A stretch of 64,000 nt of DNA from Camelus ferus (Eukaryota): contig NC_045697.1 of NCBI RefSeq assembly GCF_009834535.1, positions 115,570,001-115,634,000 on the forward strand, in the 5' to 3' direction. Made by a program: the position numbers and the translations under genes. A model generated the notes under the pieces. It did not search any database. It had not been told where the DNA came from and worked only from the letters and a program-made list of their open reading frames with translations. Of this stretch, positions 1-13,689 are shown in pieces (within the stretch, counting starts at the first letter, position 1; each line of letters begins with the position of its first letter).

Positions 1-544
1 AATTCTATTCCAAAAGGAAGCCAGCAAGCTGGCTTGGTTAGCCCCTCAACCCCAAACTTTTGAGTATCAAGGATGAAATATCTCTGTGAAAAGAAAAAGT
101 ATCTGAGTAAATAGAATAAAATATTCTTCCAGTCCTTTTTACATCAAAAAAAGTTCCATTGGTGACTACTCTTCAAAAGACTGACTTTCAAGAAAGGCAT
201 CTTTAATAGTGTGGGTGATGTATTCTAAATTTTGATTTTGTGGGTAATGGAAAGAGTGCTCATTGGGGCATGCAGAGGCATCCGGAAAGCCCTGTCACAT
301 ACAACATGTCAGAATAACAGATAGCACGCTCTGTAAAGAAAATTAATTTAAATACGTCAGGTGAAAACACACCTTTCTTGAAAGAAAACTTATTTTTGTA
401 TAAGACGTGCATCTTATTTATTGCCTACATGGGCAGGTAATATATTCAGGATTTTCCAACGTATTCCTTTGTGACAAAACAGACTTCAAACGTTTATCAT
501 GAGTGCTACCCCTTCTCAAATCCTCTTGCACTTAATGTATTCTT

Positions 545-657
545 TATTTTTTCTGAGAAGAGTTATTTATTTTTTACTTCTTTATTTTTTTAATGGAGGT
601 ACTGGGGATTGAACCCAGGACCTCGTGCATGCCAACCACAAGCTCTACCCTCCCCCT
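545..657 (-). mobile_element. tRNA-derived SINE (camelid Vic-1-like), internally deleted
   Basis: Reverse strand reads GGGGGAGGGTAGAGC...GCACGAGGTCCTGGGTTCAATCCCCAGTACCTCC plus an A-rich tail. TSD acttaatgtattctt (530-544) / acttagtgtattctt (658-672). Confidence 0.9.
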
Positions 658-1464
658 ACTTAGTGTATTCTTATCATATTTATTAGTTAATTATAGCATT
701 CTGTGTTTCTAATTAACAAAATGTTTCCTTTTTTTATGACTATACCAAACATGATAAACTATCATTTTAAATAAAAGTTAAAAGTCTTGAAAAAAACATG
801 GCGATATTATTTCTATGATTCTTCAATAAGTGATACATTACCCACATGTGGGGGCTTCTTTGTTCTCACTATAGATTAATAAATTAAAAATGTGATGTTC
901 TGTAAACATTTGGTTTCATATTCTACAATTTTATGTTGTCTGGTAAATATTTATGGACACTTGAAAAGTTCAATGCTTCTCCTTGCAGTAATAGCCGTTC
1001 CAAAAGCAACATTCATCTACATCACAGTTAATTACCATTTCACATGCTGAGGTCAGAATTTATTGACCTTCAAAGCACTTCAGATGGTTTTCTCATCAGA
1101 GACACCATATAAGAACATCTCCACTGATGAATTCAGTATGTGGAATGTTACTAACATCAGAGATTACATCTGTTTATGTATGTAGGTGTGTGTCTAAACC
1201 TGTGTTCTTGCACATCAATTCTTGTGTAGATAGATTACACATGTGCACATAATGGCTCATTTAAAATGAACGTTATTAGTCATTGACTTAACAAATATTT
1301 TAAGTTTTCCATCTATGAAGTTATGTCAGACTTGAAAATAGAGTTGTTGTTTTCCTTTAATGTGTTGAGTACAAAAGCATAATGACAAAAACAAACTGGG
1401 ACAATCACTTGCAACACATACAACAGGGAAAGGACTAGTTCCTTCACGACTAAGGCAGGTTAAA

Positions 1465-1902
1465 GATGGCTGTACATTTAACACTCCTTCCTTCCAGAGA
1501 TATAGTCTATTTCCCCTCTCCTTGACTTTGAACTTACCAGTGATTGCTTTGACGCTAGAGTTAAGCAAAAGTGATGCTATGTTCATCCAGGCCTTTCTTT
1601 TAAAAGATCTGCAGTTTCTTCCTTGATCATTTGGAGCCCTGAGGCCATGAAAGTTACTGGCCACACCCAGAGACAATGGAAAGAGAGATGCTTGACTATC
1701 CCACAGGGGTTCTGTGAACAAAGAAGCACTCAGCTGACTGCAGTCCCATTGTTATCTGACTGCCAGCACAGGAGAGGCACCATACAAAGACTACCCAGCT
1801 GAGACCATCATTTGATGGCCTCAGAACCATAAAAGATAATAATAAATTATTATTTTGTCATTGAGCTTTTAGAATGGTTCTGAAACAACGGATAACAAGA
1901 AA
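1465..1902 (+). mobile_element. MaLR solo LTR (old MLT1 family)
   Basis: MLT1-like motifs (tatttcccctctccttgactttgaac...gctttgac; cccagctgag...cagaaccataaaagataataataaa) and a typical 3' end. Confidence 0.65.
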
Positions 1903-1975
1903 AATGCAAGACTTCCTATGAAGCAAATAGAGAGATCCAACAACCAAAACAAACAAACAAAAGAGCAAAAGGTAA

Positions 1976-2516
1976 ACGGTAGACTATATTTTCCAAAGAC
2001 AACCACAAGAGGTACTCCCATCCCAGAGGGTCTTCCTCACTGTCATCGAGAGTCCTGATTCTCCTCCTCTTGGATCTAGGCTGACTGACTTGACTTCGTT
2101 AACCAACAGAATACAAATGAAATAACGTTCTGGGACATCTAAGGCAAAGTCATAAAAAGCCTCACAGTTATCAGCTGACTCTCTTGGAACACTCACTCTC
2201 AGGATGCACCTCAGAATCCAGCTGGCAAGTCAGGAGACCCAAGCCACATGGACCTGCCAGGTGTAGCTGTGCAAGTGAGTGGTCCAAGCTGAGCTCCCAG
2301 CAAACAACCAGCATCAACCATCACTCATGTGAGTGTGCGACCTTGGACGTCTAGACTAGTTGAGAATTCAGTGGACTGAAGTCTCATGTACCACCTAACT
2401 GTGACTGCCGGAAAGACCCCAAGAAAGAACTGCCTGCTCCCATGAATTCATGAGACTGGTTTTGGAGCTTCTAAGTTTGGGGGTCAATTTTTATACAGCA
2501 ATAGAAACTGATAACT
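1976..2516 (+). mobile_element. MaLR solo LTR (MLT1E/F/G-like)
   Basis: Starts gtagactatattttccaaaga, contains agctgagctcccagcaaacaaccagcatcaac, ends ttttatacagcaatagaaactgataac. Confidence 0.75.
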
Positions 2517-2779
2517 ATGGCTTATTATATGTCGTATCTCACATGCTGCAATTTGACCCCCAACTAAAAGCTGTTGTTGATTTTTTGGTCTTCATTTTAT
2601 TAAATCTGGATAGTCCCTGTGGCTGCCTTGAGTGATATAGTAGAAGACATGGTATGCTGTGCCCTTTCCTGATACAGTCTTTAAATGATCTGCTGGGAAA
2701 AGAATAGAGGGCAATGGAAAAAGAGCTATGTTACTGGAGGACCCTTATCAAGGTCACAACTAGCTCCAAGACACAGGGG

Positions 2780-4470
2780 CACTAAAACACTGAGATTTAA
2801 TTGGAAAACTACAGAACATTCTCTGCCTTCATACTCCATGACCACATCAGCAAGGCTCCTGTATAATAAGTGGATTAAACTGAAAAAGTTGCAGAGACTC
2901 ATCTCTGAGGGAAGTACTTAGGAAAGCACAAAATCAAGAAAGGAGATACAAACAAAGACCCTAGAAGGATGTAAAGCCTCTTACACCAATAGCAAACATT
3001 AAACAGAGCTCAGTACCTAGCCAGAGCAACCCAAATCTTCATGCTGCAGTTCCTACCTCCTGATACATGTCCAGCTTTCAACAGAAAATCACAAGGCGTG
3101 TCAAAACACGAGGAAAAACCCAGCCTGAAGAGAAAAGCAAGTGTCAGAATTTGACTCAGATATGACACAAGTGTTGGAATTATTAAAGAACTGAATTCAA
3201 ATGAACTATGTTTAATATGTTAATGGCTCTAAAGAGGAAAGCAGGCAACATGAAGGAACTGACTGGTAATGTAAGAAGATAAACTCAAGGAAAGAATCAA
3301 GAGGAAATGCTAGAATTCAAAAACACTGTAACAGGAATGAAGAATGATTTAGAGGCTAACCAACAGGTAGATTAGACACAGCCAAGGGAAGAATCAATGT
3401 GATGGAAGATAGATCAACAGAAATTTTCAAACTAAAATGCAAACAGGAAAACATTTAAAAAACAGAAAATCCAAGAAGTTTGGAGAATTTTAAATGGCAT
3501 AACATACACTTAACTGAAATACCAGAGAAGAATAGAGAGCAGAAGTAATATTTGAGGCAATATTAATTGAGAAATTTTCAAAATAAATGGCAGATACCAA
3601 ATCACAGATTCAGGAATCTCGGAAAACACTAAACAGGATAACTATAAGGAAAGGGAAAAGCACTGGGCATATCAGCATATCATACTCAAACTTTAGAAAA
3701 TTGAAGACAAAAAGAATGTCTTTAAAGAAACCAAAGAAAGAACTCCGGATCTACATGGGAGCATGGATAAGAATTAAGGGAAGCTCCTCATCAAAAACCA
3801 TTCAAGCAGGAAGAGTATAAAGTGTCATTTAAATTTTGAAAAAAAGAAAAAACACTCACCTAATGTTGCGTATCCAGCAAAATTATCCTTCAAGAGTGAA
3901 GAAGGAATGAAACTTTCTTAGACAAAAACAAAGGAAATTCACCACCAGGAACTTATGCTGAAGAAAGTATTAAAATAATCCAGGCAAAAGAAAAATAATA
4001 TATATCATAAACTTAGATCTATGTAAAAAAAAAAAAAAAAAAAAAAAGAGCACCAGAGAAGGAATAAATTAAGACTAACTAAAATGTCTTAATTTTATTC
4101 TTAATTGATCAAAACATAATTCTTTTGAAAGTAATAGTAGTAACAATGTATTAGATGGTCATTGCCTATGGTTAAATAAAATTTATGACAGCAACATCAC
4201 AAGAAAAAGGGGAACAGAATTCAGAATATTCTGCTTTAAGACACTTGTACTACTTTTGAAGTGGTATAGTGTTACGTGAAGGTGAAGTTAGGTTAAAAGT
4301 GTATATGATAAAGCTTAGGTCAGTCACTAAGTTTTTTTTTTTTTTTTAGATATAACTGATATGCTAAGAAAGGAGACAAAATTGAATCATGCAAAATGTT
4401 CACTTAAAATCAAATAAAGCAGAAAATAAGGGAAGGAAACAAAGAATGCAGGAAATGAACAGAAAACAGT
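2780..4470 (+). mobile_element. Old L1 (L1M/L1MC-like) 5' region and ORF1 remnant
   Basis: A-rich ORF1-like stretch: gaaatgctagaattcaaaaacactgtaacaggaatgaagaat; tatccagcaaaattatccttcaagagtgaagaagga (YPAKLSFKSEEG). ORF 3587-3820 resembles L1 ORF1. Many stops. Confidence 0.8.
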
Positions 4471-7400
4471 TGTACGTTGAATAATGTTTGGCTGTTTCCT
4501 GTTTCTGCTAAGAAAATTAAAAATTTCATGTTGCATTTCATCTATAAATAAGAACATCTTGAAGGTAAATGTTATAAGCATGATACAGTATAATCTCCAT
4601 GAAGTGAACTATTAGGAATGTTAAAATTTTTCTTAGTGCAGAAGCATGTTTCATGGGATTAGGGATTAAAATGCTATATTATAATAGTATTTGCTAATGT
4701 CTCTCCATAGAAATTGTATGCTATAGAGAAATCCGGAAAGAATTTTTTTCTTCAAATTAGATGCATTTTTATCAATTAAAACAGTAATTGAAATCTATTA
4801 TATTTAAGAACCAATCTAAGATTTTGAATATTGATAATATTATTAGTAGAGTCTTTCATTTCCATTTCACAAGCTAAGAGTAATTTTGCAGAAGGTAATT
4901 TCTTCAGAGGAAGATTACAATAATCTCCTTCAGTGAATAGTGAAATCTGGGAAGAGGAATTTGATTTCTAGGCCATTTCTCAAATTGTCTGAAATTAAGA
5001 AGTTTCATTTGGGGCAAAAAATGTAATGATAAAATACTTTAAAAATTTTTCCTCCAAAATTAAACTAAAGTTTACAATACAGTGTCAGCGATCAGTATAG
5101 ATATAGAATAGAATACAATATAAATTAGAAAAGAATGTTCATAAAATAATCTATATTCTAATAGAAACATAAATGAAAACTTTTTTATTTCACTAGTTTA
5201 TTTAAACTACAGATACTTCCCTCACAATTTCAAATGTTACTTAAATTTCAAATGTTACATTTACTAACAATTTCAAATGTTACTTCAATTTACTAACTTC
5301 CAAAATTAAAAGTATTTTATAATTATATGAATTTGTGGTTATTACATGTTACACTCACACTTGTATCATAGACCAAAATACTGTATCAGCAAGAACAGGG
5401 AAAAATCTATCAATGAGGATTAGCTTTGTTTCTTTTCTGAGAACGCATAACAATGTAATTCAATGAAACTGAAAGCTACAAGCTCTTTAGCTAGGCCCCC
5501 TGGGTGGACAATAAGATGGTTGGGTTTGTGGCAAAGCACTTGGACATATAAGGATATATTAGAGGCACCAGAACCATGGGAAACAAAATATCCCTGAATA
5601 TGGAGGGATACTGCAGCCTGACCAAGTCAAATGACCTCAAGTTTAGAAGAAAACTTTTGTTAGGTCATTGTTTATATCAGATCATTGTAACTTAGGAAAT
5701 AATTTATTCCATTTGATGTTAGTAACATTTCTTATCCATGAACTCTTCATCCTGTGATTCCCAGAGAACGTATTCTAACAATGGAAACTACTGAACAACC
5801 CTGAAGTTAACAGCATCTCTTAGAGATATTAAATGCCTTTGCATGCTGTCATTTTCTATTAAAAAAAAAAATAGAACCATACTTTCTCTTGAGTACTATT
5901 ACTGATAATTAAAAATGAAAATTTTATGAGCTATCATAGGAGTGATTTTAGGTAGATGTGGGGCAGAATTATCTAAGAATTATTCAATGAACAGTAATCA
6001 ACACCTTGTCATCAGAAGCTAGATTCAGGAAATAGTAGTCGATATCCCATTAGACTTCATAAGACCATGTTTATATTTTTAAGGAAACTAAAACAATTGA
6101 AAGTGAATTTCAGTAAGTGAATAAATAAAGGGGCTAACCCATAGCAACAGGAACTAAATTAGTCACCACTTCTGTTCTAACAAGAAGAAATTTGGAAGTC
6201 ATTTTGAAGCATATTAACTAACTATTTATTAAACTGTGTACATTGATGTCGGTAACGTGTTCAGTTTTCTAAAATAAATTCCTTTTCAAGGGAAAATATC
6301 ATTGTAAAACATGCTTTTATATCAAATTAACTGTTAAAAAGTATAAACTAAATAGCTCCTCCTAATAATTTTAGGTAAAAATTAGAGCAATCTATGAGTA
6401 ATGACTCTAAAATTGTGTATTTTTGAACCAGAGACAGATTGTACTTACTAGAATTTAATAATAACTGATTACCATAAAGAACTCTCAGTTCACAAGAGTA
6501 GCCAAGTGCTTCAACTACACTATGTGAAATAAGCACCAAGCTCCAAATGAAGGACTTGGATTTAAGTCAGTTTTGCACACTCTGGCTACGTTCCTTCGTA
6601 CAAATCATTTAACCGTGTGAGATCTGATAAAGCCCTCACTATTTCTTTAAAAAAAAAAATGTACACCTTAAAAGTACTACTTGAAAATCAAAGAAACCTT
6701 TTTGAATTGAAATGACTGAAACTTATCTTGATGTGTAAGGTATTCTGTTTCTCGCACTACTCTGTTCAATACACTCAAGGTCAGTAGGGAGGCCACGATT
6801 CTAGCAGCATTATGACTTCTATTTCAAATTACCCTGGTAGTCATAGTCTTGCTTTATTGGTCCCTGTTTTTGAAAGGGAAAGGGCCCCTTCCCCTTTCAA
6901 AAAATGTTCATATTTGGTCTCTATATGATAAACTGTCTCTAGGCTGGAGGTTACTGAACATTTCCCCCACTTTGGTGTAAAAAATGGCACCAGGATGACA
7001 TTGTGGGAGCTCCTCTAGGGTGTCACTGGTGTTGCTCAAAGGCACATATGAAGAACCCCAGTGCAAGCTAAGTGGCTCGTGGAAGGGATGGGAAGCCCAG
7101 CAGACAAAACAATATCCTGCAGGGACCTGCCTGACTCCTTTGTGAGACCCCAGACACCCTTAGAAACATTGGGAAAGGCTTCCTTTGCAGTTACTGGGGT
7201 TCTCATCCTTCCTAAACTGCCTAAGATGATAGAAGAACCAGTCACTGGAATTTAAATGGGATTGTCTCAGGGTCCCCCCAGATAAGCATTGAGTTTCCTT
7301 AAGAGAACCAAGTAACCAGAAAGTTGACTGGAGATCTCTTTTCACTCATATAGCTCATGTTACTAGGCTGGATGCTTGGATGGAGACACAAAAGTAGAAT

Positions 7401-8644
7401 GGGAATCCTAGAGATAAATATAACTACTCATTTAACTCTTTTCTGCTTTGAATAAAGGACAGGCTTATTAAGGCAGTGTTTGTATGAGAATTCCCTAAGA
7501 ATCTCTGTGGAAGAAGACATTACTTTACACTGAGAATTATCTCATCAGTCATGAGTGCAGTAAGGCTGCCCATGGCCTGGGTACTTTAATGTGTTTGAAT
7601 TCCTTTCAATCAAGACACTTTGCTTCTTGTGTACATGATAAATTAGTCTTCAAGGCTTACCATTAGTATGATTAGGGTATGGTCTTTTTAGAAAGTGGCT
7701 GAATTACACTGCACTGTTTAAAAATTCACTCTAAGATTTTAACATCTCTTTCTCACTCAACAAAAAATAATTTGAATTATCAGACTTTCTCAACCTATAA
7801 ATACCCTATAAGCCTGATGCGCTAGACTGATTTCCTCCTTAACATGAATTATACCTTAACATGAATTATCCCAATCTCCTCATTACATTGCCTAAAACTG
7901 ATGTTCTGTAACCACGTACGTTTCTCCCCGCAAACTTAAGTTCTTTGAAGGATGAGCCCATTTCTTATTTACCTTTGTCTCCCTGGCATCTAGCAGAGTT
8001 CCTGGCACATAATCTGTTTCTGGAATTATACAGAAGGAGTAAGAATGTTATCTAGGAATGGAAATGGGCTTTGAGTGGATGTTGTCTGCACTGTGGGACA
8101 AGTTAAAGATGGGAACATCTATGTACAACACTGGATGCCTATCGAGGCTGGGGAAAGAGGCATGGGGATAGGATGTGGTGAGGGAGAAAGCAAAGAATAA
8201 AGGACACATTTGACTCATTGGTAATTTTTCTGAGAACTCTGAAGCAGCCCTCCTGAGCCCGCGCTGGGCTCGTGGTCCAGTCCAGGTCTGAACACTCATT
8301 GATTCCCAGCGTCCTGCTCAGAGCTGTCATTTCTCTGTTTGAGATCCTCTCTTCCTTCACTTCTCCCTACTCTCCTCTCCTGGATGTGATTGGTCACCAC
8401 TCATTTGTGATCGCCCAGGGCTGGGCAGAGCTGGGATGGGCTGGGAAGCCACTGCATCTGAACTTCAGGGATCATGCTGGCTCTTCCTGCGACATGCAAA
8501 TCCTTGGCATGCCAGCTTGCCCAAGAGGAGGGCTTGGGCTTAGACCTCTGTTCCTGACCATGGCAGGGTAGGGACCAGGGTGTCCCCAGGCACGCAGCTT
8601 ATCGAAGGTTAGCACAAAGACTTGAGTTTCTTTTTTGAATTCTT

Positions 8645-8740
8645 TTTGTTTGTTTGTTTGCTATGGAGGTGCTGGGGATTGAACCCAGAACCTTGCACAT
8701 GCTAAGTATTTACTCTACTACTGAACTCTGTCCTGATCCC
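8645..8740 (-). mobile_element. tRNA-derived SINE (camelid Vic-1-like)
   Basis: ggaggtgctggggattgaacccagaacc...gctaag. TSD tcttttttgaattctt (8629-8644) / tcttttctgaattctt (8741-8756). Confidence 0.85.
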
Positions 8741-10987
8741 TCTTTTCTGAATTCTTAACGTATGACCCATTTAGATCTCTGCAGTGGCTCAAGCTATTAC
8801 AGATGGAGTAACCATGCAACACTTACTGCTTTTTCTCCCTGTGTTTCCCCAAGAAACACTGTCCATACTGCTCTGAGCTTGGTACAGGTCTTGAATTGTC
8901 TTCTGCCTTGTTTGTTTACCAAAGATGATGCTCAGTACTGTGAGAATTGACATATACGTTTTAACTCAATAGTGTGCCAGTGGAATCACTCTAAGTCAAG
9001 TCTATTTAATAAGGTGTAGGCAGTTGATGATACATTGTTTGAAAATTCTCCTTAAAAAATAGTTTTGCTTTAAGTTGCCATTACCACTAAGCAAAATTAA
9101 GAAGCCAACTTAGATTTCAAATCAACAAATATTTCAATGCCTGCTATGTATAAGTTTTCTCTTTTCCTTTGATGCCCCCTACAGTAACTACTTCAGATCG
9201 AACAATGTAAATAAGGGTAGCTTATTGTATTTGCACACTTTCTAATGTTTGATCTAAATTTTACATGACCCTTTAGAGGGATTCTGATTCAAGAAATTTG
9301 GATTCATGAGTTTGGGATTTTAGCTGCACCCAGTTACTGAGCAATTTAGCAAGCTGCTGTTAGCAATCGGCTACGAACCGTGACTATATCCATTGAGGTT
9401 TTCTTCTCAATTTAATCAAAATAATTTAAAGAAAATTGAAAAGGGGAAGATTTCGGAGATTGAGTGGGCAATTATCTGAAGCGTTGTATATGAAGAACCA
9501 AAGCTCTACTAATTGGTCAGTTTTTTAAATAATCTCTGAAGCTTATTTTCTGCTAAAAAAGGAAAGGGTGAAAGAAAATGCGGTATTTGTACTACTAATT
9601 ACACATCCTGGTAGTAAAATCCCCATAACTGAATTGTTTCCATGAATTAATACCCAAAAAATTACACATCCTATACTGACAGCAATGTTAAAATTCTAAG
9701 TAAATTACAAACGTTCACTGTAGCCTTTCTGTGGTTGTGACAGTAACAGACAGTGAAACATTACCTAGCTGATCTTAATTAAGGACGGTGTCTCACTGAA
9801 ATCATGATTAATAGACTTTAAATTAATCACTGTTTAGGGAGTCATTGTTTATTCAGCTTCATTTTAATAACATTTATAAACATTATAATAACTTAAGTAA
9901 TTAAGCAAATAATTCTGTGGTTCTGACTTCTAGCTATTTAATATTTAGGTAGTTTCAAACATAAGCACTTTTTGAATTTAAATAAATATTACCCAAGTAC
10001 TTTCTTTTGAAAGAAGAAAGGATTGCCTAGAGATCTAAGATGCTGCACAAGCAGGTGGGAGAGATTAGATCTTGTATAGATTCCAAAAGACAAGCAACGA
10101 GTTTCCTGGAAAGTATCATGTAGCTCAAAAGTTGATTGGGAACACTCTACCACTCACATAGCTGTGATTCCCAGACTGGATGCTTGGAAGGAAAAAAAAC
10201 GCAGCAAGGAAATTCTAAAGATAAAGATGACTTTTGATGTATCCCCTTCCCAATGTGAAGTAAGTGCAAGTTTGTTGGGCAGTATCTGTGTGAGTGTGTT
10301 GAGTTTACCACACACCTGCCAGCACCCAATGTTATCAAACATCGGATGAACAACAGCAACAAAGATGGCGGTCTTCTGTTCTCCCCACTTCCTTGAGGAT
10401 TAGTGGTTTAAGCCTCTGTATTTTATTTTTGGATTAACCATCTGAAATTTCTCTTTCTGACATGCTTATTCACATCCTTTGCCCTTTTTAATTCCAATGT
10501 TTGCCTTTTTCTTGTAAATTTAGAAAGATATTCACAAATATTACACCTTTAAAACCCATTTATACTTCAAATGTTTTCTTTTGCAAAGAATGGTAGAGCA
10601 TAGTTATATAGTGAGGAACAAAACGTAACTTAAACATATGAAATATGCATATACAAGTGGGACATTTCATCCCATCCTAACCTGCTTGTTTTCTTTCTAA
10701 ACCATGACCTTGTTCTTCATACCTCAGCATATGCCCTTCTTATTCTTCATACTTTTATTCTGTATTGGTTATTAAGTTATTTTTTAGAAATAAGATTGCC
10801 TAAAACAGGTTCTGTTAGAAGACATAAACAAATTCTGCATAATGCCATGCATGGAATTAAGATATAGCAATTTTTAAAAAATCATTAATTTTAACCTGCC
10901 CGGGACATAGTAAATAAATGAGTATTTTGGGAATCCCTTGAAGCTATTCAATCCCTGGCCTCTACCTGCCTCCCATTCTCTTCCAAT

Positions 10988-11017
10988 GTGTGCGTGCGTG
11001 CGTGTGTGTGTGTGTGT
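10988..11017. repeat. (TG/TGCG)n microsatellite
   Basis: gtgtgcgtgcgtgcgtgtgtgtgtgtgtgt. Confidence 0.95.
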
Positions 11018-12278
11018 ATACTGCCTTTCCTTGTACTGTTCAATCATTCCAGTAATTATTTAGTCTTTTTGAAAAATCCCATAGCTTGTGACTTACTGAA
11101 GATAATTTTAAAACAATATTGCCAGTTGACTGATAGCTAAATATTCAGAGAGTAACAAGGCGATAAATTTTATCGCTTTATATGTTAGAGTCAGGATTCA
11201 CATATTATAAAAGTTATACTGTAAACTAGCCTTGTCTCTCAGTGTGGTTATTTGGAATGCCTATGCTTGTAGGTCAGTGGTGCAACTGTCACATTATAGC
11301 ATATTTGCAGAATTATTTTCAGAGGCACAAAAGCACTGATACTGTAATCACACTTCACATTGTAATACATACCAAAGTATATGTTAAGGGCTTGTCGTCT
11401 TCCTGGTCAACAGATCACTCTGAGTTTCTTTTATACTATTGCCAAAATGTAGTGCTCCACTGCAGATGGTTTTGGCAATATGTGCATACTAGCCCTATTC
11501 TGTGAGCATGTTAAGGATAAAAACTCCTTCTTTCTCAAGTCTGAAAGCTTTGTGTGATATCTCAGTGCAGGGCACATGGCAAATGCTGAAATAAATACTT
11601 TCTAAATTCTAAGTTGTTCTAGCTGTGAAGACAATTCTCACAGACTCCTTCCAAAATGTTTAAAGTCATGGCGCATCACTGGAACAAAGGCAAAGCTTCC
11701 AGGCTGACCATTTTGGCTTGGGCAGCATTCATTTGGATGTCTAGACTCTTGGCATGTTTTTTGGAACCAGAAAGAAGTTTCATTATTCTGACATAGTTTT
11801 GGCAAAAATCAGTGTAAAAGGGAGTCCAATTCAGAAGAAGAGCCATGGGAGTCATTCGTGGGGATGCAGTAACATTCCAACTCAAGCAAACATCACTGTG
11901 AATCAGGGTCATTGACAGTAGTTGGGGAATGACATTGCCTAGTCTCTGAAACAAAAAGACTTAGAAGAGCTAAACATAATGTCTGACCAAGCACATTGGG
12001 GAGATTTTATGGTCATTAAATCCTCCATATTGGCTTAAGAACTAAAGAAAACACTCAGGCATGTAGTGAGAAGTGTAAAAGATGATTATTCTAAAGCCAT
12101 AGACTGATTTAGAATTCATTCCCTAAATACTGATTTAATGACAGCAACTTTAATCCAAGGATCTGCAAGATGGACAACCACGGCTGTGGGTAATGTTTTC
12201 TGCTGAGGTCAGGATTAGTTTAGGAATTGAGTGCGTAATGTAAAGCCTGCCCAATAAGCTCAACTAAGTTGGTCTAGA

Positions 12279-12483
12279 CCACAGAGCAGTCCAACGGAAA
12301 GTTCCCTGTTGATGGAAACATTCTAAGGCACCACTCAATATGGGACTCACTAGTCATGTGTGACTTTCGAGCAGTTGAAATATGGCTGGTATGACTGAGG
12401 AACTGAATGATTAATGTTAGTTATTTGTATTTAATTTAAATACAAATAGCCTTGTCTAAAGGCTACCTTACTAAACAGCACAG
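12279..12483. mobile_element. hAT-Charlie MITE (MER3-like)
   Basis: gtccaacggaaagttccctgttgatggaaacattcta...cactagtcatgtgtgact...gagcagttgaaatatggctggtatgactgaggaactgaat. Confidence 0.75.
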
Positions 12484-12489
12484 GTCTAC

Positions 12490-12712
12490 AGCAAAAAGTT
12501 AGGAAGCTATCACCCATGGTCAAATCTGACCCACCACCATTTTTTGTAAATAAATATTTTGTTTTATTTATAGCCATACTCATTTGCTTACATATGGTCT
12601 GTGCTCCTTCACATGACATGAAGGTTCAGTAGTTGTGACTGAGATCACAGGACTTGCAGAATCTAAAATATGTATTATTTGGCCCATGAAAGAAAGTGTT
12701 TGTCAACCTCAG
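12490..12712. mobile_element. hAT-Charlie MITE (MER58A-like)
   Basis: ccatggtcaaatctgaccc...tttttgtaaataaa...agtagttgtgactgaga...ctaaaatatgtattatttggccc...gtttgtcaacctc. Confidence 0.75.
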
Positions 12713-13689
12713 GTTTACAGAAAGCCAGATTTATGGCCTTATTTTGGTTCACCATATTGATGAGCTATAAATGGTCCAATCAAAGCAAAAATCCAATCAA
12801 AGAACAAAAATTTAGTGGACATTTGGAAAATATTCAAACTTAATCTATCCCAGCAATTGTTAACTTTCAACTTTATTTGTCATTGCATAGTTAGACTAGA
12901 AGAGAGTGAAGGTTCTTGATGACAAATGTGCTGCAAGGCCATGAGGGCAAAGGTAATGTAACATCTCATTCATGCTTGCATATCTCATAGTATTTAATAC
13001 AGATCTAGAGAAATGTGTGACAGCCAGTGATTTGCTATTGTATTCAATTTAATCAAATGGAAGAGTCATATGCATGTCTCCAAAAAGACTAGACCCAAAC
13101 AAGACAGAAATGTGATAAATATGACATTTTTCCTAAAGTCTATATGATTTTATATTCATCTCTTTCAAAATGTAATTTTTGTTATTAAAAATCACTGAGA
13201 CTGCAATTTGAATAAGAAGTGAGTTTTTGAGTTTGTCATGTTTGTGGTATTTGTAAGTTTCAAAGACTAATCATATTCATTAGGTGATTTTAAATTATAA
13301 TTAATTTTAGCAACAAGTCAAGGTCCTTGATAAGAGTCTCTCTTCTCTTTAAAAAGAACTTGGGATTACTCTATAAAGTTTTGGGGGAAAAAACTGTTTC
13401 ACAATGAACCATGAAGATGACCTGCACGATTACGATTTTTTCAAGTGCAGTGCCCCTGAGAAGGTAAAGAAGGGACCATTTCCTTAAACAGCAGCATCAG
13501 GACATTCAGTCCTGGTGACCAGTCCAGTGCAAGAGACCACTGCTGCCAAATTACTTGCACACACATTGTGTACACTGTTCCTTTCACAGACACAGAAAAG
13601 TTTAAGTGATTTTGGACCTTAAGAAGCTAAATATAATAACTAAAAAGAAAAAAAAATTCCTTCATCTTGTTGATCAGAAAACTGGTGTC

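Noticed and set aside
1326..1721. 131-aa minus-strand ORF
   Set aside because: Non-ATG start, overlaps an MLT1 LTR, no recognisable domain.
5224..5297. Repeated aatttcaaatgttac units that superficially resemble a CRISPR repeat
   Set aside because: Local slippage duplication with no unique spacers, in eukaryotic DNA with no cas genes.
7837..7869. 17-bp tandem duplication ccttaacatgaattat(a)
   Set aside because: Ordinary slippage event.
11676..11954. 92-aa minus-strand ORF after an acceptor-like site
   Set aside because: No recognisable homology and no donor. Noted only as a possible acceptor in the orphan-exon finding.
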